In this document: positions 49,684 through 62,300 of the stretch, piece after piece
How positions within the stretch are numbered: the first letter of the stretch is position 1
Layout of the letters: every line of letters starts with the position of its first letter
Assembly: GCF_002113885.1 (NCBI RefSeq)
Contig: NW_018480078.1
Location: 3,198 to 67,197, forward strand
Direction of reading: 5' to 3'
DNA: 64,000 nucleotides
Origin: Mizuhopecten yessoensis
Lineage: Eukaryota
Made by a program: the position numbers and the translations under genes
Notes under the pieces: model-generated
Database searches by the model: none
Told to the model about the DNA's origin: nothing
Seen by the model: only the letters and a program-made list of their open reading frames with translations

Positions 49684-52295
49684 CTGGATTGATTGATTCA
49701 GTATCAGACAAATGAATAAAAAACAAAAACCATGGAAATAATGATATTCCAACATAGAACTGTCATACAGTTGATATATAGAAATGATGTTTGTATGTGT
49801 TCTACAGTGCCCTTGGGTGATCACAACCCAAAACGGTCACAAATGAAAATGCCACACGAGTATTAGATCGCTACAATCTAGAATGGTCTTATAATTATCA
49901 CTATGCAATATGCATGGCTTTATATATATCAATCTATATTATTGATACTATAGCCTACTGTATAACAGTATATAAACCAGAATATAAACTATAAGCATGG
50001 TACATTAGCCGATTGTCCCAGTATTGCTGGTGGGAACCAGGCAATCCCATAAATGAAAAGTGACGTTCCGCTAGAACAAGGTTCTTAGGGAATGTCTCGT
50101 TTGAGGGTACCAAGTTGGATCCAATATGGTGGCCAGTGATTCTTTCAGGTTTGCACAAAACTGTATATTGGTCTACGTGCAAAAAGTTAAAAACTGTCTT
50201 CAATCAGTCTAATTATTATTTCTGACTCCAAGTAACACCAGTGTGTGTAAATTAAGGCAATAATCTGCATTGTTTTACCCAATTTCATATACATGTACTG
50301 CAGCATGTATATGTAACTTCGGAAAAATGGTTCCTTTTTTCTATTTGATTATTAAAATTACATGTGAGACAACATAATTTGGAATGCACTGTTCCTTTTA
50401 CCTGACCAATCCTAAGTTAAACAACTGGAATGAAAATATGTATAATTCCAATCTATAATGAAGCTGTACATATATATATATACGCCTTATATACCATGGT
50501 ATATAATTATGTACTCTCGAAATGGCAAGGAAATCATATTAATTAAAGTTTCTAGAGTTTATAGTGTCATTTATATAGTTGTTGTCAAAATTATTAATAT
50601 TTTGTCTTATTACAATAAGTAAGTCGCTTTCAATATTTTTTCATAAGAATTTTTGAATGATATTTATTAAAGTACATGTAAAAGCCATACCCGAATACAT
50701 GTACTTATACAATGCGTATAAGATCAGTTGGGGTATATATTGTTGAACAACATTGAGCGCTGCAACATTTGGAGACCTTAAAAGGGGCATTAGAGACAAA
50801 CTCACAGAAAATGAGACCAAAACAATTATATAATATTTATAGAAACATATAATTAGTTTCTTCTTTGGAAAAACCATAATGTACTAAATACATTTATTTT
50901 AAACCTGGGAGTAGGTGGTCCTCTTTAAATTCATCTCTATGGGTAGACAAATGTTGAAATGAAATGTATTCTGAGTTTGATATCATGACTGTTGACATCA
51001 TGTTTTAGTACATGTAAACTAGTTCATAATTATGTATATATATATTCTTACCGAGATAAAATGTAAAATACTAAATAACCAATGTTGACTTTGTTCAGCT
51101 GTATAAATAACATCACTGGACCGGACATTCTATGTAGGCCAAGTATGAGTATTTAGCTTATTAACTTATCTGTTGTGTAGCCTAGGCCATGTTATTATCT
51201 CGATAACCTTTTTGGAAGAGAAAAAGACATAATTAGTAGGAACCTGGATAGACACACATCATCAACATTTTAAAATTTTGCATTCACTTCTGTTTGCTAA
51301 TTACATAAAAAGTGTTTTGAAACACTTTACTTATGTAACTTTAATTAAGTAGCACCAGGGAAACAGTGATAATGTAAATCATATCTAATGTGACTTATAT
51401 TTGATTAAATTAATTGCACACAAGCTTAATGCTAGGCTTTCAAGTCTATTAGCTAAACATCATCATTTCTTGGCATAGAGAGACTTAAGAAAGACTAATA
51501 ATCATTAAAAACACAAAAAAATATGTATGACTTGCTAATAGTATAACATATTTGTGCACTGATGATTGAATGAGATTAACTTCATCAAAAAAATGAAATG
51601 TGAATTTGGTCTAGGATGATCGGAAACACTTTTGCATTAACATGCATGACAATAGAATAAAAAAGGTTTAATAATTGTTTTTACCTTTAAAAACCCTGAT
51701 AAATGAATTTGTAAGATTTGTATAAAAACTTGTTTACGAACACAATGATATGGACATATACAATTATAAATACAAAAAAATGGAACTGTTATTTTACCTA
51801 CACATAGTATCTATGCCAGATTTATTTACAAGGAAATAACTCCTTATATTAAAATGCAAGTAAAATTTTCAAAAATATTATTATCATTCTAATACAAACG
51901 AAATTTATAGATTGTAGCTAGAGATACTGTAATTGTATAAATTTAAATGAATACAGGTGTTTTTCTGGTCAACATATTGGTACAAAATACATGTATGTAT
52001 GTATAAAAAAGAGAGATGAATAAGTAACAAATTTGTTGCTGCATTAGCACTTTCAAGTTTCTTTTAAAACAAAGTAACAATGACAATATATCATGACTGA
52101 TTGACATTGACTGGGTGATGTAAAATTATACACAAAGGGAGGTAAATGGAATTACATTATGGAGTAAATTTGATTTAGATTTAATATTTTCAATGGTAGC
52201 TATGTACATTTTATAAAGATATGTATATATATTAAAATCCTTCTGTTGACATGTATGTATACAGAAAGATGTTTCTTCATGTGTCTGTACCTTAA

Positions 52296-52378
52296 CCCTT
52301 TCAACCCTACGTAACTTTAGTAGACTCCACCATGCATTGATCTGGATGAGTCCATTATGGTCTTCAGTGTTGAAAGGG
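52296..52378. mobile_element. 83-bp piggyBac-like MITE
   Basis: TTAA|CCCTTTCAAC...GTTGAAAGGG|TTAA. Same family as 61400-61482. Confidence 0.85.
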
Positions 52379-52438
52379 TTAATTATATATATAACCTGGG
52401 CACAAAAATATATGAAGGATCCCTGTCTAACTGCAGTT

Positions 52439-52545
52439 GAACAGGTAGCTCAATCGGTTACAGCAATAGAACAGGTAGCTCAATCAGTTACAGCAATAGC
52501 TTAGCAATCTGAAGTCGCAGTGTTTGATTTCCCGACTAGCGGCAC
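52439..52545 (+). pseudogene. Decayed tRNA-like sequence (Ala-AGC-like) with a 30-bp tandem duplication of its 5' half
   Basis: GAACAGGTAGCTCAATCGGTTACAGCAATA occurs twice (A box TAGCTCAATCGG), followed by loop TTAGCAA and a decayed B box GTTTGATTTCC. Confidence 0.5.
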
Positions 52546-52959
52546 TGTTGTTGATTATATTATATTTATTTCATCCATATTATTTCTCATAAAAGTCCTG
52601 TAAGATATGGTTTTCTTTTCGGAAATGGTTTATCAAAACGAAGTCATCAGGTAAAAACCTGTTTCCATTAACACACAGTTACAGTTTCTGGCAGTGGTAC
52701 TGGGATATACTTAATACATTTTGTACTGATTTGTATGTAAATTTATATTTTACAATTTTGATTTCTCTAGATCTAAAACCCCTTTTCTATTTTCTGGTCA
52801 TATATTAAGGTTTTGTAAAGGTTACATATTCTGAATCAATGACTCAAAGTTGTCAACACTGACCCAATTCCTTCTTAAAAAATGTTACACATATACACAA
52901 TGTATAATAGGAAAAATACTTCTGAGAACAATTGGTTAGTGCAAGCTGTTTGTCGTGCA

Positions 52960-55099
52960 TTAATCACTTGACCTTGAGGAAATCCAGCCATACAGCCACA
53001 GCTTAAGTCTGTAGATGATGAAAAAAAAGACCTGTAATAGCGGCAGTATCACAAAGCCGACAACAAGAACCATGATCATAGTCTGACCAACTTTGTCCGA
53101 GTTCCAGTCCAAAACTTCTGGGTAGATTGGATCCTTGTTCCCAGCACCGTAGAAGATGGCTGTAAACACGAGGTATACTATTCCATATGTCAAGGGAAAC
53201 ACAAAATGCAGTAAGTGTACGGGTGCTGCTGTCAATAGACACTCCAAGAACACGATTACAGAGTTAATCCCATGCAGCTGCAAATTGCCCAGGTCTATGG
53301 GTTGGTTGTCAGTGTTCATTTGTGGCCAAAGAAAGATAAAAAATATAAGGGTCACCATTACTGAGCACGATGACATGATATTCAACAGGACCCATACCAG
53401 CTTAAAATAAAAAGGCATGAGGTTGCTTCTCGTGGATGTTTCTCCGTATGTAAGCTCTCCGTCCTCGTTATCATGGCTGGGGATAGGCTCATAGTCGTCG
53501 CCCCACAGACTAGGGTGTACCTCTAGCTCTGTGAATAAGGCACAGTGTTGACTAACTGGCAACCTCCTCCACCAGAGAATTGCTGGACTTGTGCAAAGGA
53601 AGAATAAAGTGGTCAGTGCATGCAGTGTGAGGTATAGACACAACATTGTGTAGGTCCAGTTAGTGAGATAAACTGGCCAGGCATACAAGCCATTCCCAGG
53701 TGCCACTGATCCATATTCCACAGCTGTGTAGATCAGCCAGAAGTCTGCGTATACAGCAATGACCAGGCGGTATAGGAGGTACACAATCGGAGGCAGGCGC
53801 CACTGTGAAACATAAAACCATTATTACTTACAGTGGTGAACAATTTCAACATGGCAAAATTACTATTGCAGCACAGCCAAAGCTAAAACAACATGTTTAC
53901 TTTATTTACTACAAGTTGTAGTTACCATATGTTACCGGTAATAAGCCCATGTCTGGTAATAAGCCCTATTATTATGGATTGGTATTCATGGATAAACAAC
54001 TGCTGTAAATGTACTACTACAGGGAAACAAATGTATGAAACAGTTGTTTTAATGAGTATGATATCAGCAGGTATAAGGATCATCCATTTTTTAAATCATC
54101 CGACTCATCTCACTTGAAACATAAAATAAAAAATATTTGGAGAAACTGACATGTTTCATGGAAAGTCATGATCAGAACAGCAACTTGAAAGATTTGTAAT
54201 TCACCTAATGTCAGTCCTAGGCAAACTCAGCTAAAGAAAACATAATGAAAAATATTTCATTTGGAAAATGCACACCGACTCCCTTTTAGGTGTCTTTAGA
54301 GGATTTGATGTGTACCTGACTTGCATGAGCTCTCTATCTAAATACATGTACACTTGCCATACCATAATAACTTAACATAATTAACTGTTGTACACATGTG
54401 AGCACTTGTGTATTTGAATTAAGTACACAAATTAGCACATATACATTGCTGTAGACATTTATTTGGTGAATTCACTTCATGTTTAAATCTGATATACTCC
54501 ATTACCAGAGTAAGGCAATTCAGGACCAAGGACAATAAATCTGTCTGTAAATAACTTAAAATCCAGATTTCAATAAAATCCATTTTCTTGGTTATCTGTT
54601 CTAATTCAGTGAGATAGACAATAAATCTGAAATACGTGTATAGTAAAATATATGTAACATCACAGTATGATATAGATCTTAATCTCAAAAAGTTTAGAAA
54701 TGAATCTTGAACTTAAATCTAAATCCTCTATTTCTATAGGATATCCAATAGACAGTTAGACCAAGTCTGTTACATGTTTTCGGGTCATGTGAAATAAGAC
54801 TAATAACTTATAAATATAAATTATATTTATAAGCGATCCATGTTTACCTGTGTTGGGCAGGTGATAAAGGCCTACTTGTTCAATACAATACAACTATTTG
54901 CCAAAGATTTCTGCCCTTCAGCTGTTAAGGGCAAGTTTAATGATACAAAAAAAAATGTTATGCCTACATTGGTCATTGGCCTAGATTTAGAGCAGCTAAG
55001 TATTACCTGAAACGTTGCAAATCTGGCAGAGTGGACATCACTTAACCAAAACTTCTTCAACCTGAATTCGTTGCGGAGATAAGAGCAGCAAATAGACAT
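52960..55099 (-). CDS. rost: Rolling stone-like multi-pass membrane protein, paralogue B (2 exons, about 311 aa)
   Basis: Exon 1 55099-55007 (MSICCSYLRNEFRLKKFWLSDVHSARFATFQ|GTAATA). Exon 2 53802-52960 (TTTCACAG|WRLPPIVYLLYR). Motifs WPVYLTNW, KLVWVL, LHGINS, YLVFTAIFY and PIYPEVLDW. Confidence 0.93.
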
Positions 55100-56369
55100 T
55101 GTTGTTTGATACAGGTAGGCGTAGACACCTTCGTCAGTTGTTCTGGTCTGTGTGCTCCATATATATATATGCATTCACATGTGGAAACTGGCAGACGACT
55201 GTTAGTCACTACTGGTTAATATAAAATGTGAACATAATATAAAACGGAACGCACTAGTACGTGACAGATTTTAACCTCGTTTGGTCACATGAGATTACTC
55301 GTGACAAGGCATAGGAGTGTTTTACGGTACACCTAATGTTATATTTCTTCGTCATTCTAATTCATTCAATCGTGTTGTGTGCGGTTCATGATTAGCAAAT
55401 GTGAATCTTGAGTTTATCGACATCTAATTTAGCATTACAATGTTCAGAATTTTTTAACCTTACATTAAACCCAATAGTTTTAGAATTATACATTAAAATA
55501 GAAACTCAAGTTGTAATTTTTTTTCTTCGTCTTAACAACGAGGATAGCTATATATTTAACTGAAATAAATTTATAGTAATCCTACTTATAGTTAAATCAG
55601 AGACGCATAAGCTTATATTGTAATATAATATATAAGTTATGTAATTACGTCTCTGGGTAACTATTTTTTCTAGCTCATTTGGAACACGGACTAAGATCGC
55701 ATCTTATATATATTTCCGTGCTTTGAATAAAAGAATATAAAAAAATAATAATCATGTATTTGACCAACATTTAAGTGTATTTTTAATTAATGAAGTGTTC
55801 GAAAAGTATCAGAATTATTCTGAAGCCACGGAATTAGCCCGTTCCTGAAATGATAAACCAAACAGCGGAATTATAATATAAACAAATGGATGTGAGGTAG
55901 AGCTGGATAACTATTAACAAGTCATCTTCAAATATATTAGTAAAGTGTTAGTAAGATAATATTTTGCATGACCAACATGTACGGAACAAATTGAAAACAT
56001 GGACAATGGTCCATGGGAGGCAACTCTAACAAAAATAACACATCACAAGAATCGCAGAATTTTGAAATTTGTATCAACTTTGATTTAGAGATTATATTTC
56101 TTTCATATATCTCATGAATATAAAATCACCTTAACTTTTCTTTGAAAGTTATATAATTCCATTATAAAATATGATTTTCTATTCTTTATACACATATTTG
56201 TTGGAATAATTACTCTCATATATGACAGGGTACTTGAGAGTACGTCGGAGTCAGTGAAAACAATATGGCTGCTCCATAGCGACGGGGTACGCGCCAGCAA
56301 GGGAAAAAATCATAATAGTTCATACTGCAACATGAGTCATGGATTACATTTCAGCACCAACATGATCAA

Positions 56370-59300
56370 ATGGGGAAGAAGAGAAACGATGTCATTGATA
56401 GCCATACGTTTGCCCCTCAGATAAGTGAAGCAAGCAAACGTATTGCAGCTCGACGCTTGCAAAATTTAGATGGAGGGGTGCCACATTTTATGTTGAATAT
56501 CAAGTGCAGAGAGCCGCTTGCACCCATCCCCCTTAATCCGGACAAGCAGAAGATACCAACGGTTTCTGAGGAAATCATCGAACCTGACCTTGAATCAAAG
56601 GAGGAATCGCATTTAGATACCACTTTAAACACTCCAAAATTATCAGAGAACAACATCAAATTTCCGAAAGATAAAAAGGGCGGGTATGCTCTTCGTACCG
56701 GGATCATGGCCGCTAAAGCTAATGTTTTACTAGATGACAGCATCTTTACATTCCGCCCAAAAGTCAGTAGTGCTAGCGTCAAAATAGTAGAAAGTCTTGG
56801 TACAGATTTTATGTCCAGACAGCAACAACATTTGGAAAGACAAAAAAGACATGTAAGTAATGTTGACCAAGTAATGACATGAGTGTACACATGCCCTTTC
56901 TCAGTTTCTCTTTGTAGAGGTCCATTGTGTCACTACGGTATGAACAGGTCCTTCCGTTCCCAGTTAATTTATTCCTGTTGTTGTAATGTATTATGATACT
57001 GTGTTAAGTATTCTCGTGAATAACAGTCGATCAAATATGAATGATAACAAATGATAACGGCATTAGAATATCATAAAAACTTAAGCAGTGTTTGATTTTC
57101 TGAAAATTTAGAGTCAAATTGAAAAAATCATGGGGTTTTGATAATTCTTTATTTACAAAGATTGATTTGTTGCTGTTCAGAACTTGAGGGAATTGAATCA
57201 CTGTGATTAATTGTGAAAAAGGTAGATAAAACACAGCTAATGCCAGTGTTTCCTCATGTCCCGACAATAAACTTTGACAATTTGACAGATAGAAGTCTGG
57301 TAAACTAGATATCTGTCAAATATTCTGGTGCTGGTACAGAGGGAATATGGGCTGCAAAATCTTGTGAGCTGTCAAAATGTTGACATGATAGTTAAGGATA
57401 TTTTTAGAATTAGTATTGGATTTAATTAGTTGCCGCAGTGGCCAAACAGTCAAGGTGTCTGACAATAGCCCTCCACCACTGGGTTGCGGGTTCGATGCCT
57501 ACGTGGGGCAGTCGCCAGGTACTGGCCGTAGGTCGGTGGTTTTTCTCCGGGAACTCTGGCTTTCCCCACCACCAAAACCTGGCACGTCCCTAAATGGCAC
57601 CTAGCTGTTAATAGGACGTAAAACACAAACAAACAAATAAAATTAGTCGTTCAGGTCATTTCAATTGTAGTATAAAAAATAAATTTGACTTTATTATGAT
57701 ATAAATATGGGTAGCTTAAATTTCTATAGATGTGAGACTTTTGTCTGAAAGATGGTTTTGCACGTGTTGTGTTTAACTAGGACTGATCAACTTATTTTGA
57801 GCTTTTCTTTCATAATATTACCTGCAGACTCAAGTCAATTTGAAATAAATTTCTAAACTGTTATCTGGGAAATCATAAATAAATCGTAATAAGATCTAAC
57901 AGTAGTTGTTAGTTCCTTCCTAAGATGTACTATGTCCAAGTTGTGATAATACAGCAAAATGGCAATTCTTCTTCAGTTGAGTGGTCCTGTCATTTATAGA
58001 CACCTTTTACTCACATCTTTACATTTAAATGCCAAAAACCTCTATTCCGTCTTTGCGTATTGCAGAGTTATCTTCTCTTTTGAGCAAGTATTGATTGTTG
58101 CGTCATTGGTTTGTGTGAGAAAATTACATCGTTTTCTCAAAAATTGATGACGTTATTCTCACAAACCAATGACGTAACAATCAATACCTGCTCACAAGAG
58201 AAGATAAGATAACTCTGCAATACGCAAAGATGGGATATCCACCATGAGGAATAAACTATTTGACCTCAAGTTGGGCAACTACAATTTTCTTAATTCCCTT
58301 CTGATATTTGTGATTTTCAAGACCTTTTACTCCAAGGTACAATTAATGTTCAAGTTAACATGTAGTTTTATAGCTATAGGACAGTCCTTTAATTATAAGG
58401 GTACAACCATCTGTTTACTGTTAATTATTTTGAAGGTTAAAAAACCCTTATTTGCTTCTGGGTTTTTCTGGTTTTTTTTTTATAAACAAGTGCAGTCAAT
58501 TTCTTTTCTAATTTGCATTTTATCAAGAAAAGTTACCATAATTGATGTTGCATGCATATGTATATATGATGTTTTTTTGTTTTATTTTATAAAGTTTTGA
58601 AAGAGGTAGGAGAAAAAGTGTCAATGATTGAACAACTAAAGGGAATGTAAAAAAAATACCCATGGATGTAGAATTTTCTTGCCTCCAATTCTTTCTTATA
58701 GTAGGCTCCTTAAGACTTTAATTAAAAAAAAATTGCTGTTAAGATGGTGTAAAAACCCTTAACAACCATGCTTGTAGCAACAGTATTGAAAAACTGTCGC
58801 TATTGACATCTTAATGTTCATTTAAGTGGAAACTTGGCAATCACATGTACATGACATCATATGTGTGCATCATTTTCTGTGTGATTTAAATCATAAGAGA
58901 ACTTTTTTCATAGATACAAGTTTCTGTTTTCTCTTTTAGATTATTTAAGCTCTAAATGATAATAATGTATATGAACAAATATCATTAAAATACGAAGTTC
59001 CAGGAAACTGTTGAACTGTCTAGTATATGACTGGTTATGCCAACATAAGTGTAAATCTTGAACTTGCTGGTTACAACTGTATGTTAACATCTGACATTTA
59101 TATATATTTCAGATTGAGCAAGCTCCTATCCACTTTTCCAGTCATTCTGGACGTCTTTCACCTGTTTTGGCTAAAGCTGGGAAAAAATCATCAAAATCAA
59201 AAGAGGTAATCTCAATAGATAATAGTTTTAAGTTGTTTTCATTAAGAGAATTTTATCATCCCGTTTTATTGGAAACAATAAATCCTGATTGTACATAAGA

Positions 59301-62300
59301 CAAATCGTATACATACCTGTATGTAAAGCCAAATACAGGCTGTTTCCTCTAGCTAAAAAGTGCCTTATTTTCCGAAAATTACCAAAAATGAGGAAATATT
59401 CCCAATTTCAATAAAAATGCTTAGATAGTTTCCCAAAGAATAAAGGAACAGGTTGTTGTAAAATTTAAGTTAAATGAACACTGATGATACAATAATAACA
59501 GAAATTTCAGCGATGATCAGCTACTTTTATTGGTTGACATTATTTATGATGTCATGTCTTTTTATTTATGGCTTGACTTAAAATTACCACCCCACAACAG
59601 AATTTTTTACAGTTTGGTGTGGAAATGATTGCATTTTTCGCGATGAGTTTGTCAGGTTTAATTAGGTTTAACGTCTATTAACAGCTTAATTAGATCATGT
59701 AAGGACGTGCCTCCATGTGTGTAATGCAAGTGTGCATGTACATGTGTGTACTGGAGTCGGGTATGTTGATGTATTTGCCTCGATCATTATACAACAGTAT
59801 GCACAGGTCTGATCCTGACTTAAGAGTGCAATTTCACTGAAATACCAGGCCGAAGACACCCAACACAGTATTCCACCCGATCACATTATACTGACAATGG
59901 ATAAAACAGTCGTGGCGATTTCCCTAAATGCTGAACATTAATGGGTAATGACAACTACAATTTATTGGGACTTAACTACATTTTGTATATGTCCCGGCCT
60001 GGGGACAGACCCGATTGTCTATTACCCACTTGAGCAAAGGTCAACACTTTTTACATTTTGTATATGTCCCGGCCTGGGGAGAGACCCGATTGTCTATTAC
60101 CCACTTGAGCAAAGGTCAACACTAAGGCCAAAAGTGAGCGGTATTGCCAAGCACAGCACTAGGAAACCAAAATGGTTGTTAGGAAGTAGAGAGAAAATAT
60201 AAAATATCTCAAATATTGCAATGGGGGCCAGAAAATCAATTTCGGTTTCTCCTTTGCTCCCCTAGCACTGAATACATAGAAGAAAAAAACGTTGATTCGG
60301 CAGGTGTCCCACATTAGTCACCTTTTACAAGATTTAGTGGGATATCGTAGGACGTACAGTTCTTTCCTCGAAACCTGCAGGGGAGGTTTACCATTACCGT
60401 AAATTAGCGTGAAAGTATCCACACGTCTGTGATACATAAATATGTACATTTCAGAAATAAAGCCAACACAAAAATGTCAACACCATGAGCTTCTGGAAGT
60501 CAGTCACAACACAAACATATCCACACCCAAGAAATTTAAACTTTTACAGTATACCAAAAGGCATATATATATATATATCCCGAATGCAAATTTGAGTATT
60601 ACCCAGGCTTAAAGCTGTCAAAGTAAAAAACATAAAACTTAAAAATTTACTGTATTTTCAAAACATGTTAATAACTTTCAGAACTTATGTGACCTTAATG
60701 ATTAATAAATGAGGTTTTATGATTCATTAGATCTGTGTTTTTTCACAAAATTCACAGCCAGAAATGTCACACTAACATAGCGAAAGTAATGTAAATTGTG
60801 TGTGATTGTTGCGCGTGGCTGCCTCCGTTTTTATTTTTTCTGTATTAAGAAGAACAATACATTAAAATTCATAGTAAGTTCAGTACCTGTTCAAAAATCT
60901 TTTTACTAATTTTGGTATTAATACTTATATATACATGTAGCCTTAATAATGAGCTGTAGAAGGGGGATAATTAAATGCTAAAATAAATTTGAAATTGCAT
61001 AGGAAAGGAATACCTGGTATGTTTTTTCAACAAATGAAATTTTGAAGAATAATGGAAGACTATCCGTGAAAATAAGAATTCAGGTTACATTTAATCAAAA
61101 TAAGAAATTCATGAAAACATATTTTTTTCGTTGTTTTAAAATAAGCCTGGCAAAACGACATTAATGCACTGTCAGACATGATATTTACGCCATCAAATGT
61201 CTTATTTGACAAATACGTACCACAGCAGAAAAAGTAGTATTGTAAGAATAGCAAAAGGGCATATTTGTATTCTGAACTTTGTATTTATTTTTATTGATAA
61301 ATTATTGGTAAAAATGGAAAAAATGCATAAATAGAAGAAAATAGTAACAATATTTAACAAAACACTGGCAGACTGAAGTGTTGACAATTTAATGTTTAAC
61401 CCTTTCACCCCTATGTAACTTAAGTAGATTTTTCCATGCATTGATATGGATGAGTCCATTATGGTCTACAGTGGTGAAAGGGTTAATATACACACTGACA
61501 GTATTTATTTCTATCATTCTTCTGCGATAAGATGGAACTGTTCAGGGCAAGAAAGGGATTTAGGAAATTTCTATGATCTTGCACCCAATTTCGTGTGACT
61601 GTGACATTACACAGTATTTCCACATTGGTGCACCTGTGAACCTGCATTTCTGAAATTATGTTAAATTTTCTTCAGTAACATATAATAATTGACGTCCTGA
61701 AATGTGAATTGTAATGACATTTGAAATGACATTTTGGTCACCAGAATGTCAACTGCTAAAAACACAGGGCATCTGAAATTTTCTTCATTGAAATGAACAA
61801 TTATTTAACAAATATGTTATGAAGCTTTTGCGAAATACATGAAAAGATTATATACTATACTTTTTCACGCTCTTTCTAAACATGTTCTTGGTTAGTCTAT
61901 GATATCTAGGAAATCAACTGGTATTTACTGTTGCATTCACAATGTCATTGTCAATTTTTACCAAAGGGTATAACTTAATGTAAAATATAAAGTTGGGTGA
62001 AATGCAAAGTTTCATTATAAGCCATTAATATTGTTATGCAGAATTTCGTGCTGAGCGACTTGTTATACTAATAGTATATCTATGGAACACGATGATTCGG
62101 TTGCGAAATTCACAGGTTTTACTCTATAATAGTTAGCTTCTGTAGGAGTTGGATTATTATTATGTTTAACCATTCAGAAATGTATTGCTTTCAAATTAAT
62201 CGTGAAACTGCCATAAACCACGTGGAGTCAGTCTAAGGACCAGATAAAAACCCATTGAACACATAATAATAATTTCATCTGACAGTAAAGGTGTACTGGG

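Noticed and set aside
52439-52545. Functional tRNA gene
   Set aside because: The acceptor and T stems do not pair, the B box is mutated and the 5' half is duplicated. The same applies to the tRNA-like heads near 14155, 20858 and 27248.
56417-56890. 157-aa minus-strand ORF and similar antisense ORFs over real exons
   Set aside because: Shadow ORFs opposite well-supported coding exons.
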